DNA of 64,000 nucleotides from Candidatus Doudnabacteria bacterium RIFCSPHIGHO2_02_FULL_43_13b (GCA_001777655.1 MFER01000013.1:2619-66618), one strand, 5' to 3'; shown: positions 29,624 through 39,570, counted from the stretch's first letter. Numbers and translations are program-made. The notes: generated by a model not told the origin, from the letters alone.

Positions 29624-30037
29624 TCATCTGATATTTTTCAAAATATTATCCAAAGCCCCGGCTCCCGGGTTAGTACTGGTCAACAACCCGACAATTACAT
29701 TGACCAATAAATACGCGGACATAATCAAGAAAAATCCAATGATCGCGTGCTTAAAAGTATCTTTACCGACGGTGATCCGCTCTTGGTTGCCGCCGGAATT
29801 CATCATTTCCCACCCTGCCCAAAGAATAAAGAAAATCGAAACCAACCAGGCCCAGGCCAGCAGATAATTGATTATCCGCTCAACCGTAAAAACCATATCA
29901 ACCAGCTGACAACCTGTTTGGGCGCTGCCATCGGGATTCCGACCGCCGCAGGTGATGAGTTGCGCCGAAGCAAAATTAGCAGTTAGTAACACTGCGAGAA
30001 AAAAACTGGCCAGGATAATTTTTATTTTTGGTTTCAC
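29624..30037 (-). CDS. T4SS pilin-like protein, divergent paralogue 5
   Basis: AGWEMMNSGGNQERITVGKDTF loop motif, signal peptide. Confidence 0.45.
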   Translation of the reverse strand: MKPKIKIILASFFLAVLLTANFASAQLITCGGRNPDGSAQTGCQLVDMVFTVERIINYLLAWAWLVSIFFILWAGWEMMNSGGNQERITVGKDTFKHAIIGFFLIMSAYLLVNVIVGLLTSTNPGAGALDNILKNIR

Positions 30038-30081
30038 TGAAGTTTAGACAATCGTAAAGTTTCTACATTATACCATAAACC

Positions 30082-31392
30082 TCATCGTCTTTGCAAATTT
30101 AAATTGATTTGTTGGGCGGCATTGCGCAGCGCCTCATTGGCTTCAAAATTTCTTAAAATTACGTCATCAATCATTTTCAAAAATACGCTTTCAAACAAAT
30201 TGGCGTCTTGCTTATAAACACTGCGCGCAGTCAAAGCGTTTTCGGCAAACACGCCGATTTGGGTATCCGAAGCTTGAATAGGCAGAATATCTTTGCGGGA
30301 AGCCGGCAGTTTGTGTTTGGCGTAATATTTATTCAATTCCGTCTGACCGGAAATAAACTTCAAAAAATCCCAAGCGGCCTCAGAATTGTTGGACGTTCGC
30401 GAAACCGCTTCCCCCCAGTAATTGGCAAAGTTAACTTTCAATCCCGCTTCGCTGGTTTGAGGAATTGCCGCTACGTCCCAATTCAAATTCGGCGCCTTGT
30501 CCATGATCACGGGAATCATATAAGAGTAGTTAATCATCATGGCGACTTTCCCTTGGGTGAAGGCGTCTACGCTAAAATTGGATTTAGCATTCCAGTTATA
30601 GGTCGTTTTGGCCGGCTGGGCAAATTGGGTAAAAAACAACAGCGCCGCCTCGCCGGGATTGAAGTTGTTATCGCTACCCGCCAAGTCTTGCTGCTGATCA
30701 AAAGTTGCGGAATTAAAATCGTCGGAATAAAATTTCGTGCCGTTTTGTAGCATCAGTAAAGACAAAATATCCACAGCCCGATTAATGTTACTACCAGTCC
30801 CCAAGGCTATCCCCGAACGGGAAAAACTGCCCGGTTGGGAAATTTTGGTTAACTTTGGCACATTAGCGATTACTTCAGCCCAAGTGGAGGGGGGCTGGGA
30901 AATGCCAGCCGATCCCAATAGATCTTTATTGTAATAAAGAGCCATGACATCCACTGAAAGAGGGATGGCAAAAATCTTATCTTCCCTCACAAAATCGGAA
31001 TAAGCGACATCCACAAAAGTATCTTTATATGTTCTTAAGTTCATCAGCGCACTCGGCATGGGGGAGAGTTTGTCTGAATGCTTCGGTAGCCAATCGTTAT
31101 GAATCGAGAAAATATCAGGTCCCGTGCCAGCCGCAATGGCGTTGACTAATTCTTGCTCGTAGGTCGTGATGTCTTTTTTGACAAATGTGATTTGGATATT
31201 CTTGTGACTCGATTGATAATCAGAAATCAAATCCTGCACATTTTCATTCTCTTCAAAAGTCTTCCACCAGGTTAAAGTGACTTTATCTGAAAGAGGGCGC
31301 GGGCCAGAGCCCCCGCTAAAAAATAAGGCACCGGCCACGATCAGCAGCAGAACCAAAATCCCGCCTAAAATATAGTATTTTTTATTATTCAC
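30082..31392 (-). CDS. ABC transporter extracellular solute-binding protein (family 1, sugar-type)
   Basis: N-terminal TM anchor, 436 aa, TWWKTFEENEN... family-1 SBP pattern. Confidence 0.65.
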   Translation of the reverse strand: MNNKKYYILGGILVLLLIVAGALFFSGGSGPRPLSDKVTLTWWKTFEENENVQDLISDYQSSHKNIQITFVKKDITTYEQELVNAIAAGTGPDIFSIHNDWLPKHSDKLSPMPSALMNLRTYKDTFVDVAYSDFVREDKIFAIPLSVDVMALYYNKDLLGSAGISQPPSTWAEVIANVPKLTKISQPGSFSRSGIALGTGSNINRAVDILSLLMLQNGTKFYSDDFNSATFDQQQDLAGSDNNFNPGEAALLFFTQFAQPAKTTYNWNAKSNFSVDAFTQGKVAMMINYSYMIPVIMDKAPNLNWDVAAIPQTSEAGLKVNFANYWGEAVSRTSNNSEAAWDFLKFISGQTELNKYYAKHKLPASRKDILPIQASDTQIGVFAENALTARSVYKQDANLFESVFLKMIDDVILRNFEANEALRNAAQQINLNLQRR

Positions 31393-31450
31393 GTTTGTTT
31401 TCTAAAATAACTTTACTAGTCTTTATTTTACTCCAAAAGGCGCGAAAAGT

Positions 31451-32350
31451 CTAAAATTTCAAAGATTTCAAAAACTCTTTAAATTCTTTTCGCAAGTCGT
31501 CGTGTTTCAAACCAAACTCTACTACTGCCTTTAGATATTCTAATTTATTCCCGCAATCATAAAATTTACCATTTTTTATTTCCACTCCATAACATTTTTT
31601 CTGCTCCTCCAATAGTATATTGATCGCATCAACATAGACCAGCTCTTGCCCACTATTACTCTTTTCCAGCCGACGTTTTGCTTCCTCAATAGCCTCAAAT
31701 ATTTCTGGACTATATATAGCTCCACCGGGAATCGCCAAATCTGAATTTATTTTGCCCCTACCTGGCTTTTCTATAATTTGATTGACTTGCATTACTCCAT
31801 CCGCAATTATATTCCCGGCAGCAAAAGCATAACGATCATAATCTTGGGGTTTAGTGGCTTTGATACAACTAAGCACTGCGCTTCCTCCAAACTTCTCGTA
31901 TGTCGCCACTAGTTGTTGCGCTCGGGTCGGAGTCGCATCCATAAAATCGTCACCCCATAACACCATAAATGGTTCGTCACCTATCAAATGTTTCGCATTC
32001 AAAATCGGGGTTGCATTACCAATTGGTCCTCTTTGCCTAATGTATGTAAAATTAGCCAAATCACCAATTCGACGAATCTCTTCAACTTCTTTGAGTTTCC
32101 CCGCTTCTTCCAATCGTTTCTCCAATTCAAATGGATAATCAAAATGATCTTCGATATTACGTTTAGACCAGCCAGTGACAATAATAATATCTTCAATGCC
32201 GGCAGAAACTGCATCTTCCACGACATACTGAATAATCGGTTTGTCGACAACCGGTAACATTTCCTTGGGTTGGGCCTTGGTTGCCGGTAAAAACCGGGTG
32301 CCGAAGCCGGCCGCCGGAATAACTGCTTTGCGAACTTTTTTCATAGTCAT
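31451..32350 (-). CDS. galU: UTP-glucose-1-phosphate uridylyltransferase
   Basis: KAVIPAAGFGTRFLPATKAQPKEMLPVVDKP canonical GalU N-terminus. Confidence 0.85.
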   Translation of the reverse strand: MTMKKVRKAVIPAAGFGTRFLPATKAQPKEMLPVVDKPIIQYVVEDAVSAGIEDIIIVTGWSKRNIEDHFDYPFELEKRLEEAGKLKEVEEIRRIGDLANFTYIRQRGPIGNATPILNAKHLIGDEPFMVLWGDDFMDATPTRAQQLVATYEKFGGSAVLSCIKATKPQDYDRYAFAAGNIIADGVMQVNQIIEKPGRGKINSDLAIPGGAIYSPEIFEAIEEAKRRLEKSNSGQELVYVDAINILLEEQKKCYGVEIKNGKFYDCGNKLEYLKAVVEFGLKHDDLRKEFKEFLKSLKF

Positions 32351-32415
32351 GTTTTATATTATAGCCTGTTGATAAAAAATAATAAATGATCACAAAAGCC
32401 CAAAAAATAAGGTTC

Positions 32416-32445
32416 TTGACAGTAGGTGAACGATCGTTTACCATA
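32416..32445 (+). promoter_or_regulatory. sigma70-type promoter with overlapping LexA (Cheo-type) SOS box
   Basis: TTGACA(32416-21), palindrome TGAACGATCGTTTA (32427-40) matching GAAC-N4-GTTC with one mismatch, -10 TACCAT. Confidence 0.45.
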
Positions 32446-32575
32446 GATTATGGAAGATGTAGAACGAAGAAACTGGTGTGAAACCACGCCGCCGGAATAA
32501 CACTGGTTTCTTCGCCCCCTTCCAGGGTAAAATAAGTTTTTAAATTTAGAGTTTGTAATTTCGAATCAATATCTA

Positions 32576-32833
32576 ATGAACGAATATTCTAATAAAAAGT
32601 ACGATTCGGAAGAAAGAACTGCTAAATTTGGCGAAAACACCATAGAATTATGTACGAGTCTAGAGCAAACCGCTATTTCAAAACCCATAATTAATCAACT
32701 AGTAAGATCGGGAACAAGTGTGGGTGCTAATTACATGGAAGCAAATGGAGCAAGCTCCAGGAAAGACTTTAAAAACAAAATTCATTTATTGAAAATTCAT
32801 TCGAAATTCAAAATTGATAATTTAAAACTATGA
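32576..32833 (+). CDS. four-helix-bundle protein (23S rRNA intervening-sequence protein family), C-terminally truncated
   Basis: LVRSGTSVGANYMEANGASSRKDF matches RSATSIPANIAEG..R.S.KEF core; only 85 aa. Confidence 0.5.
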   Translation: MNEYSNKKYDSEERTAKFGENTIELCTSLEQTAISKPIINQLVRSGTSVGANYMEANGASSRKDFKNKIHLLKIHSKFKIDNLKL

Positions 32834-33444
32834 ATGAACTAGCTCCTAGGCAAAAACAATTACTAGACCATTTAACGCACGAAATCACAACCAAGGGATT
32901 ACCTCCCTCTATTTCGGAAATTGCCAAGGCTATTAAAGTTAAATCTAAAAATGCCGTGGTTAAATTGCTACGAAGTTTGGAAACGAAAGGTTATATTCGG
33001 CGATCAAACAAAGCTCGCGGTATCGAAGTTTTAAATCCGGAAGGCGAACCAATCGGTCGTGGATTATTTAGCGTTCCCCTCTTAGGTCATATTACTGCCG
33101 GACTACCCATGCTGGCTGAAGAACAGATTGAAGATTGGTTAAATTTACCCGCCAGTTTAATCAAAGGACGAAAAGATGTATTCCTACTCCGAGTGATCGG
33201 TATGAGTATGAAAGACGCGGGAATTCTGGATGGGGATTTAGTAATAGTAAAACAACAAAAACTCGCGGAAGTTAATGACATCGTCGTCGCCCTATTAGAG
33301 GATGAGGCCACGGTCAAACGATTGGTTAAAAAAGACAGTAAGTTTTATTTAAAAGCCGAAAATAAGGAATATCCAAATATCTACCCTGAACATGAATGGT
33401 CGATTCAGGGCAAAGTAATCGGAGTTATCAGACGCATGGAGTAA
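32830..33444 (+). CDS. lexA: LexA repressor (S24 peptidase)
   Basis: N-terminal wHTH, AG cleavage region, GMSMKDAGILDGD Ser-Lys dyad motifs. Confidence 0.85.
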   Translation: MNELAPRQKQLLDHLTHEITTKGLPPSISEIAKAIKVKSKNAVVKLLRSLETKGYIRRSNKARGIEVLNPEGEPIGRGLFSVPLLGHITAGLPMLAEEQIEDWLNLPASLIKGRKDVFLLRVIGMSMKDAGILDGDLVIVKQQKLAEVNDIVVALLEDEATVKRLVKKDSKFYLKAENKEYPNIYPEHEWSIQGKVIGVIRRME

Positions 33445-33446
33445 GT

Positions 33447-33629
33447 ATGAGTGAGTTGGAGAAACAAAAATACACGATCATCGCGCAGTTAAAAGGGTTA
33501 TGCGCCCACTGCTCGAATGAAGTGCATCATAATTGCAAACTTCAAACTATAGTTTCTGAAGTTTCCAGCCTGTCCGGAGTCCCACTGATCGTCAATGATA
33601 GATTCAATGGATTATTGTTAAATCATTAA
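33447..33629 (+). CDS. small hypothetical Cys/His-rich protein
   Basis: 60 aa ORF starting right after lexA stop; CAHCSNEVHHNC. Confidence 0.25.
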   Translation: MSELEKQKYTIIAQLKGLCAHCSNEVHHNCKLQTIVSEVSSLSGVPLIVNDRFNGLLLNH

Positions 33630-33641
33630 GGAAAAAACTAT

Positions 33642-33875
33642 ATGCAAGAATTTGCACCAGCACTTTTCTCAACCAGGGTTTCTGCCGGACGTCGAACCTA
33701 TTTTTTCGACGTCAAATCTGCGAAAAACGACAAGCCGTTTTTAAAGATCACCCAATCAGAAATTAATGGGGAAGAGAAAAAGAAAAGCTATCTCAATATT
33801 TTTGAGAACGAAGTTAGCGGTTTCCGACAAGCTGTCGAGGAAGCCGTCGGGTTCATGGAAGAAAAAGCAAAATAA
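33642..33875 (+). CDS. Pur-alpha-like (DUF3276-like) nucleic-acid-binding protein
   Basis: RRTYFFDVKSAKNDKPFLKITQSE pattern of bacterial PUR repeats. Confidence 0.45.
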   Translation: MQEFAPALFSTRVSAGRRTYFFDVKSAKNDKPFLKITQSEINGEEKKKSYLNIFENEVSGFRQAVEEAVGFMEEKAK

Positions 33876-33926
33876 TTAGCAGAGGCCTGCTTTTAGCAGG
33901 CCTCTTTGAATGATAATTAGATACAT

Positions 33927-34592
33927 ATGACAACTAAAGTTTTTTCCGCAGCATTAGTGGGGCTTGATGCTGCACCGGTAGAGGTGGAAGTAGATATCTC
34001 AGGGGGGCTGCCAAAAGTAATTGTCGTTGGGCTTCCCGACACTGCGATCCAAGAGGCTAGAGAGCGAGTCAAATCGGCAATTAAAAATTCTAACGCGATT
34101 TTCCCGCCCAGCCGGGTGGCGGTGAATTTAGCCCCAGCGGACTTGCCCAAAAATGGCACCCATTTTGATTTGCCAATCGCGATTTCAATTTTGCTGAATT
34201 CCGGCCAAATCTTTTTTGATCCCAAAAACAAATTATTCGTTGGCGAATTAGCCTTAGATGGCAATTTGAGAGCGGTCTCTGGCATTTTGCCAATTGCTTT
34301 GATGGCCAAACAACTTGGCTTTAAGCAATTATTCATTCCGAAAGACAATAACCAAGAAGCCGGCTTAGTCGATGGAATCGAAATCATTCCAATCAAAAAT
34401 CTTTATGAGATTATCGGGTATTTGCAAAATTTGATTAAAATAGCTCCTTTGCCCAAACCAAACTGGAACCGATTCTTAAAATCCCCCGAAACTTTATTCG
34501 ACATGAAATTAATCAAGGGCCAAGAAGCCGCGAAGCGGGCGCTAGAAATAGCCGCTGCGGGTGGGCACAATATTCTTAAGTTATATTCCTAA
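33927..34592 (+). pseudogene. comM: comM/yifB (Mg-chelatase-like AAA+ competence protein) 5' fragment, interrupted by insertion
   Basis: ChlI/YifB N-terminal domain; ends ...ALEIAAAGGHNIL-KLYS*, i.e. stops at the first codons of Walker A. Confidence 0.75.
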
Positions 34593-34726
34593 TTCAACAT
34601 CCGTTAAGTTCAAGATAATTAAGCCAATATCCGTAAAAAGATAGGCATTTTTATATCTAACCAAAACTTGACGTTGGGCTTTCCATTCGATAGATTTTAC
34701 AAAATAAGTAATGAAAATGTAATTTT

Positions 34727-35635
34727 ATGCAAAAAGATTTAACTTTAAGCCCTGAAGCAAATCACGACAACGCTAAGAAGATTTTTGATAATTTGGATGT
34801 AAGCGAATCTACCAGAAAGGATTATCAATACAGAGTTGGATTATTCGTGGATTACATCCGTAGAAATAATTTTAGTCGCAACAGTTATTTAGAATACAAG
34901 CGATATCTAGCTGGAAGAAATGATGTGTCTACTTCCACGAAAAATAAATTTTTGATTGTCGCCAAAATCTTTTTAAGAGAACTTAGCCGCCTTGGTGTGA
35001 TGCAATCAGACATCACTCAGAACATAAAGACCTTCAAAGAAAATCACAAACATAAAAAAGAAGGTTTGAATGAAGAAGAAATGCAGAAGTTGGTAAGTTG
35101 GTTGCGTGAGCTTCCCTCCACTCCACAGAATACTAGACTGAGAGCCATTATAGCGTTACTCACGCTTAACGGCCTGCGACAGATTGAGATAGTAAGGTTA
35201 GACTTCAAGGATTTAGATTTAGTAGCCAAAACCGCTTTCGTTTTGGGGAAGGGGCAAGATGACCGGGAAATAGTTCATTTGCATCCCGAAGCAGTCAAAG
35301 CAGTCAGTGAATACTTGAAAGTAAATAAAATAGCTGATGGAGCTTTGTTCGTAAGTATCAGCAACGGTAGTAGAAACCATCGCCTGACAACCAGAGGACT
35401 AAGACAGATTGTGCAGAAGAGCCTTAAAAGTTTGGATATTGAAAGATGTGTTCACGGCTTCCGACATTATTTCGCTACGGCATTGATTAACAGCTACAAG
35501 GGAGATTTGCTGGAAGTGAGTCGGTATACAAGACATAAAAGTATCCAAATGCTTGAAGTATACAATGATAATATAAAGCAGAAGGCAGATTTACCACGAT
35601 ACTATAAGGTCTTTGAATCAATTAACTTTAGTTAG
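34727..35635 (+). CDS. tyrosine recombinase / phage-type integrase
   Basis: R (LNGLRQIE), HGFRHYF (H-x-x-R), terminal EVY catalytic Tyr. Confidence 0.8.
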   Translation: MQKDLTLSPEANHDNAKKIFDNLDVSESTRKDYQYRVGLFVDYIRRNNFSRNSYLEYKRYLAGRNDVSTSTKNKFLIVAKIFLRELSRLGVMQSDITQNIKTFKENHKHKKEGLNEEEMQKLVSWLRELPSTPQNTRLRAIIALLTLNGLRQIEIVRLDFKDLDLVAKTAFVLGKGQDDREIVHLHPEAVKAVSEYLKVNKIADGALFVSISNGSRNHRLTTRGLRQIVQKSLKSLDIERCVHGFRHYFATALINSYKGDLLEVSRYTRHKSIQMLEVYNDNIKQKADLPRYYKVFESINFS

Positions 35636-35662
35636 CCGTAATAATGTGATAAAATTCAAAAT

Positions 35663-36616
35663 ATGACAACAGAAAACCTAAACTTACTTCCCAAAAATAA
35701 GTTAAAATTTTCAGAGAAATATTCTGATGCCTCCGATGTAGTTTTGTTTCATGGGGACAGATTAGATTTTATGAAATCCTTACCAAGCAAATCAGTCAAA
35801 CTTGTAATTACATCTCCTCCTTACAATATAGGAAAAGCATACGAAAAAAGAAAAGACCTTGATTTATATCTGGCCGAGCAGGAAGAATCGTTCAAGGAAT
35901 GTGTTCGAATTTTAGATGACCAGGGAAGCTTGTGTTGGCAAGTCGGGAATCATATCGCTAAAGATGGAGAAGTTTTTCCACTGGACACTCTTCTATATCC
36001 GATTGGTAAGAAGTTTGGATTGAAACTAAGAAACAGAATCATTTGGCATTTCGGTCACGGACTGCATTCAACCTACAGATTTTCAGGTCGCCACGAAAGT
36101 ATTTTATGGTTCACAAAAACTGATGATTATACTTTTAACTTAGACCCAATCCGTGTGCCACAAAAATACCCTGGCAAAAAGAATTTCAAAAAAAATGGGA
36201 AGCACGGAGAATTTTCTGGCAACCCCTTAGGTAAAAATCCGTCAGACGTATGGGAAATCCCAAATGTTAAAAGCAATCATCCAGAAAAAACTTCTCATCC
36301 TTGTCAGTTTCCAATAGAGTTAGTAGAAAGATTGGTTTTATCAATGACCAACGAAGGCGATATAGTTTACGACCCATATGCAGGTGTCGGAAGTGCTTTG
36401 TGTGCTGCCGTTTTGCATAATAGAAAGGCATATGGTTCTGACATAATGGAAGAATACCTAGACATTGCAAAAGATAGAATTATAAAAGCCGTCAATGGAA
36501 CACTGAAACGGCGAATTATGGGAACTGAAGTTTATAAAGCAGAAAATTCCAATTTATCAAAAACACCTGAAGAATTTACTAAAGCAAGGTTAAAATTGTT
36601 TGGGTCCAGGAGGTGA
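35663..36616 (+). CDS. beta-class DNA methyltransferase (N4-C or N6-A), type II R-M
   Basis: Motif IV VITSPPYN precedes motif I DPYAGVGSA (permuted order of beta group). Confidence 0.8.
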   Translation: MTTENLNLLPKNKLKFSEKYSDASDVVLFHGDRLDFMKSLPSKSVKLVITSPPYNIGKAYEKRKDLDLYLAEQEESFKECVRILDDQGSLCWQVGNHIAKDGEVFPLDTLLYPIGKKFGLKLRNRIIWHFGHGLHSTYRFSGRHESILWFTKTDDYTFNLDPIRVPQKYPGKKNFKKNGKHGEFSGNPLGKNPSDVWEIPNVKSNHPEKTSHPCQFPIELVERLVLSMTNEGDIVYDPYAGVGSALCAAVLHNRKAYGSDIMEEYLDIAKDRIIKAVNGTLKRRIMGTEVYKAENSNLSKTPEEFTKARLKLFGSRR

Positions 36617-37267
36617 ACCATTATAAGTTGTTAGTTTAAGTATTTTTAAGGCCGCTTCTCTATCAGTTTCAAAAAGTTTTCGAAGTTTTGAACACTTAAT
36701 TTCTTCTTCTGGAGTAAGTCCTAGACTAATTACAAATACTGGAATATCGATATTGCTTTCACCCCGGAATTCAAAGTCTACTAAAAGTTGTTCAAAATCA
36801 GAAACACCAGTCGACATTTGTCTGGCTAATTTATGTCCAGGCACAACTTCAATTCCACATTCAATCAAACCTACTTTATTAAAAATCACCATCTTGGAAA
36901 AAATATCATAACCCATAAAAGCGTATTTCCCAAACTGGATTTCCAAACCAACATTATTTTTTATCCCGTCCATTTCTCTAAACCTATTATTACCGAATGC
37001 GTGACGAGGTTCGGTAAAAGCCTTCTTCTTCCCCACCGCTTTTTCAGTCCAACCCTTTGCATGCATAGTGGTTTTAAGCAACTTATTCATAGTAGAAGGA
37101 GAAAATAAAAGTTTACCCTTCATCGTTTTTTCTTGACTTTCCTTTACCAAACAGACAGTAGCATCTAAACTTTCAATTGCACCCAAAACTTCCCTCAATT
37201 CTTTTGGGTGTTTTACTTTTATAAATTTTTCTCCGCCTTTGAATGAGTAAGTGTCTACAACTTGCAT
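36590..37267 (-). CDS. BglII/BamHI-family type II restriction endonuclease candidate
   Basis: Convergent with MTase, overlapping 3' ends; REMDGIKNNVGLEIQFG gives D-x8-E-x-Q spacing like BglII D84/E93/Q95. Confidence 0.45.
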   Translation of the reverse strand: MQVVDTYSFKGGEKFIKVKHPKELREVLGAIESLDATVCLVKESQEKTMKGKLLFSPSTMNKLLKTTMHAKGWTEKAVGKKKAFTEPRHAFGNNRFREMDGIKNNVGLEIQFGKYAFMGYDIFSKMVIFNKVGLIECGIEVVPGHKLARQMSTGVSDFEQLLVDFEFRGESNIDIPVFVISLGLTPEEEIKCSKLRKLFETDREAALKILKLTTYNGSPPGPKQF

Positions 37268-37663
37268 AAAATCTTATTTTTGTTTCTCTATTCTAGCACT
37301 TAATGGTTAAGTTTAAAAGCTCCTGTTAGGCATCCAACTTCTTCTCTTTATACTTACAGGAAATACAAACTTAGGTAATTTTCAGGTATGATTAGGGCAT
37401 GCAGAAAAAGTTTACATTGCCTATACAACCGCCTCGACTCAAAGGAAAACTAAACCATAATGATTTGCAGGATATCTATAGAACTATTTGTAGAAACACT
37501 GGAATAGAAGTCAGGTTGGTAGATATGTGGCATCTTAGAAATAAATATAAAACTTCTCACTACGGTTTAGTGGTGAGCTATGGTAAAAATACACATGACA
37601 TATATCTCAAAAATTTATTCATCATAAAATAATAGGTTTATTATAAATATAGGTTGTAAGTGA

Positions 37664-38959
37664 TTAGCCTTTTGATGCAGGAGTTGTAGAGAAGAGCTTA
37701 AGGATAATTTCAATCTTACGCCGTAGCTCGTCAAAACCGACAATCTCAACATCTTTATTACTGTTCCTGAAAAGTTCAAAAGATTTTAGTTGTGGTTTTT
37801 TTAAATCAGAGACATTCCCAGCCACTACAATGCATTTTGAGTTAAACGATTCTATATCCTCGCCGTTCATAACTGAGTAAAAATCTTTTTGGAGAGTATG
37901 TCTCTGGTCTAGCACCTGGTTGATTGCTCCGCTTAAACCTCTACTGATTGAAAACACGTCCTTGCCACGATAAGGTCTTCCCTCAAGAAGCTTACTTTTA
38001 TGAGTTTTAATTTCAATTATGGCTAAGTTTTTTGAGAACTCGCTTTTATAAATAAAATCTGCGTACTTACCACCTTTGTTTTCGAAACTTTTGCCGCCTA
38101 CATAGGCTTGGTTTTTAAAAATAACCATCGGGTAAGAAAAGAGCTGAGAGAATATCCAGCCGTTCTCTTTGAAAAACGCCTGCCATTTTTTTTCCAGCGT
38201 TTCTGTTTCAGTCTTTTGTTCAATTAAAGCATTAAAATTTTCTAAAATAGTTTCGATGAACACCTTATCAATAGCTTCCTTTGTAGCTATAACTTTTTCG
38301 TGAGACACATTTGAATTTGGCAGTGTCTGAATAAGCTGTGTTATCTTGTCAATATCATAATCAGAGAGTTTTTCATTCGTTAATCGGTTCTCTTCAATGT
38401 AGTTGCCTAGGGAGCCAGTTACATATTTTTTATCTTCAATTTCAAATTTCTTAGGAAATATTGAATGAAGAATATCACTGGCAAGAATATTAATCTCTTG
38501 TCTGTGTCTTTTAAGAAGTGGTGAGATACGGTTGTAGGCCTTATCTAAATCTGAAGCGTTAAATACAATTTTGTTTCTATTGGGAAAAAATTCACTAGCT
38601 AATTTAGAAGATACAATTATATTTGAGATGATGGGGCACTTCTCTTCAAGGAAGTAAATTAGCGGACTTAATTCTCTAGTAAATCCATAACCATTTGCCC
38701 AAGTTTTTAGAAATCCCCTGGGTAGGGTTTCGGGCATCTCGTGGTACTCAATGCATTGAATAAATTTGTATTTATTCTCTCCAGTCTTGCGGTTATACGG
38801 GTAATGTAAAACTATCTTCTTTTTCTTAAATATTTCTCTAGATAATAACTCAAATCCATTTTCTCCATCGGTATAGAAATAAACATCCTTGGTAGCTAAG
38901 GATTTATGTAAAGTTTCTTCGGGGTCTGCACCAGTAATTTTAATTTTATTCTTATTCAT
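37664..38959 (-). CDS. Shedu-like (DUF4263) PD-(D/E)xK nuclease-domain protein
   Basis: C-terminal KKWQAFFKENGWIF...YADFIYK...LAIIEIK...AINQVLDQRH...CIVVAGN...VEIVGFDELRRK mirrors DUF4263 core. Confidence 0.5.
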   Translation of the reverse strand: MNKNKIKITGADPEETLHKSLATKDVYFYTDGENGFELLSREIFKKKKIVLHYPYNRKTGENKYKFIQCIEYHEMPETLPRGFLKTWANGYGFTRELSPLIYFLEEKCPIISNIIVSSKLASEFFPNRNKIVFNASDLDKAYNRISPLLKRHRQEINILASDILHSIFPKKFEIEDKKYVTGSLGNYIEENRLTNEKLSDYDIDKITQLIQTLPNSNVSHEKVIATKEAIDKVFIETILENFNALIEQKTETETLEKKWQAFFKENGWIFSQLFSYPMVIFKNQAYVGGKSFENKGGKYADFIYKSEFSKNLAIIEIKTHKSKLLEGRPYRGKDVFSISRGLSGAINQVLDQRHTLQKDFYSVMNGEDIESFNSKCIVVAGNVSDLKKPQLKSFELFRNSNKDVEIVGFDELRRKIEIILKLFSTTPASKG

Positions 38960-39332
38960 AGTTGGACGGTTTAGTTACCGAATCTAAATACCTCATAACA
39001 TCTGCCTTATCTATAAGGTAGCGTTTTATTTTCGTCGTGGGGTTAGAGAGTTGTGCTTTTATTTTGCCCCCATCAATCAGCTTCCTCAAGGTAATAACTG
39101 ATTTAATGGGAAACCAAGGCTGCTTTACTAACTGGGGGCAGGTAAAAACTTCCGAGCTTCCCGTTGACTCTCCCCTTAACCCATCAGGCCGTAGTATTTG
39201 GTGAATTCTTGCTCTGGACACATTAAACTTGTTACCTATTTCTTCCAAAGTATGACGGTGATAGCCATTTCGCCCCCACCTCATATCCAGCATAGTTTTT
39301 ATTTGTGCCTCACTATATTTACTTTTACTCAT
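38952..39332 (-). CDS. small DNA-binding protein: sigma-70 region-4-like HTH plus excisionase/MerR-like HTH
   Basis: TLEEIGNKFNVSRARIHQI and ITLRKLIDGGKIKAQ...RYLIDKADVMRYL; 8-nt overlap with Shedu-like gene. Confidence 0.5.
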   Translation of the reverse strand: MSKSKYSEAQIKTMLDMRWGRNGYHRHTLEEIGNKFNVSRARIHQILRPDGLRGESTGSSEVFTCPQLVKQPWFPIKSVITLRKLIDGGKIKAQLSNPTTKIKRYLIDKADVMRYLDSVTKPSNYE

Positions 39333-39570
39333 AAGGATTTTCTATATTGTAGCACTATTTACAAACCATATAAAATGATATAATAACATCACAATTTAAT
39401 AAGACCTAAATCTTTCAATTTTTTGATTGAAAGACATGGACTCAAAACCTGAAACATATTGAACCCTCACCAGGTCCTGTTTCAGGTTATATGGGGAAAC
39501 CCATATAGGTGCCGTAAGGCATCACTGGTGGGGGCTTTATGTTGCCCACCTCCAGAGAAAGAAAAAATTT

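Noticed and set aside
33396-33629. 77-aa ORF overlapping lexA 3' end
   Set aside because: A start at 33396 would overlap lexA. Only the shorter 33447 start is plausible, and even that has low support.
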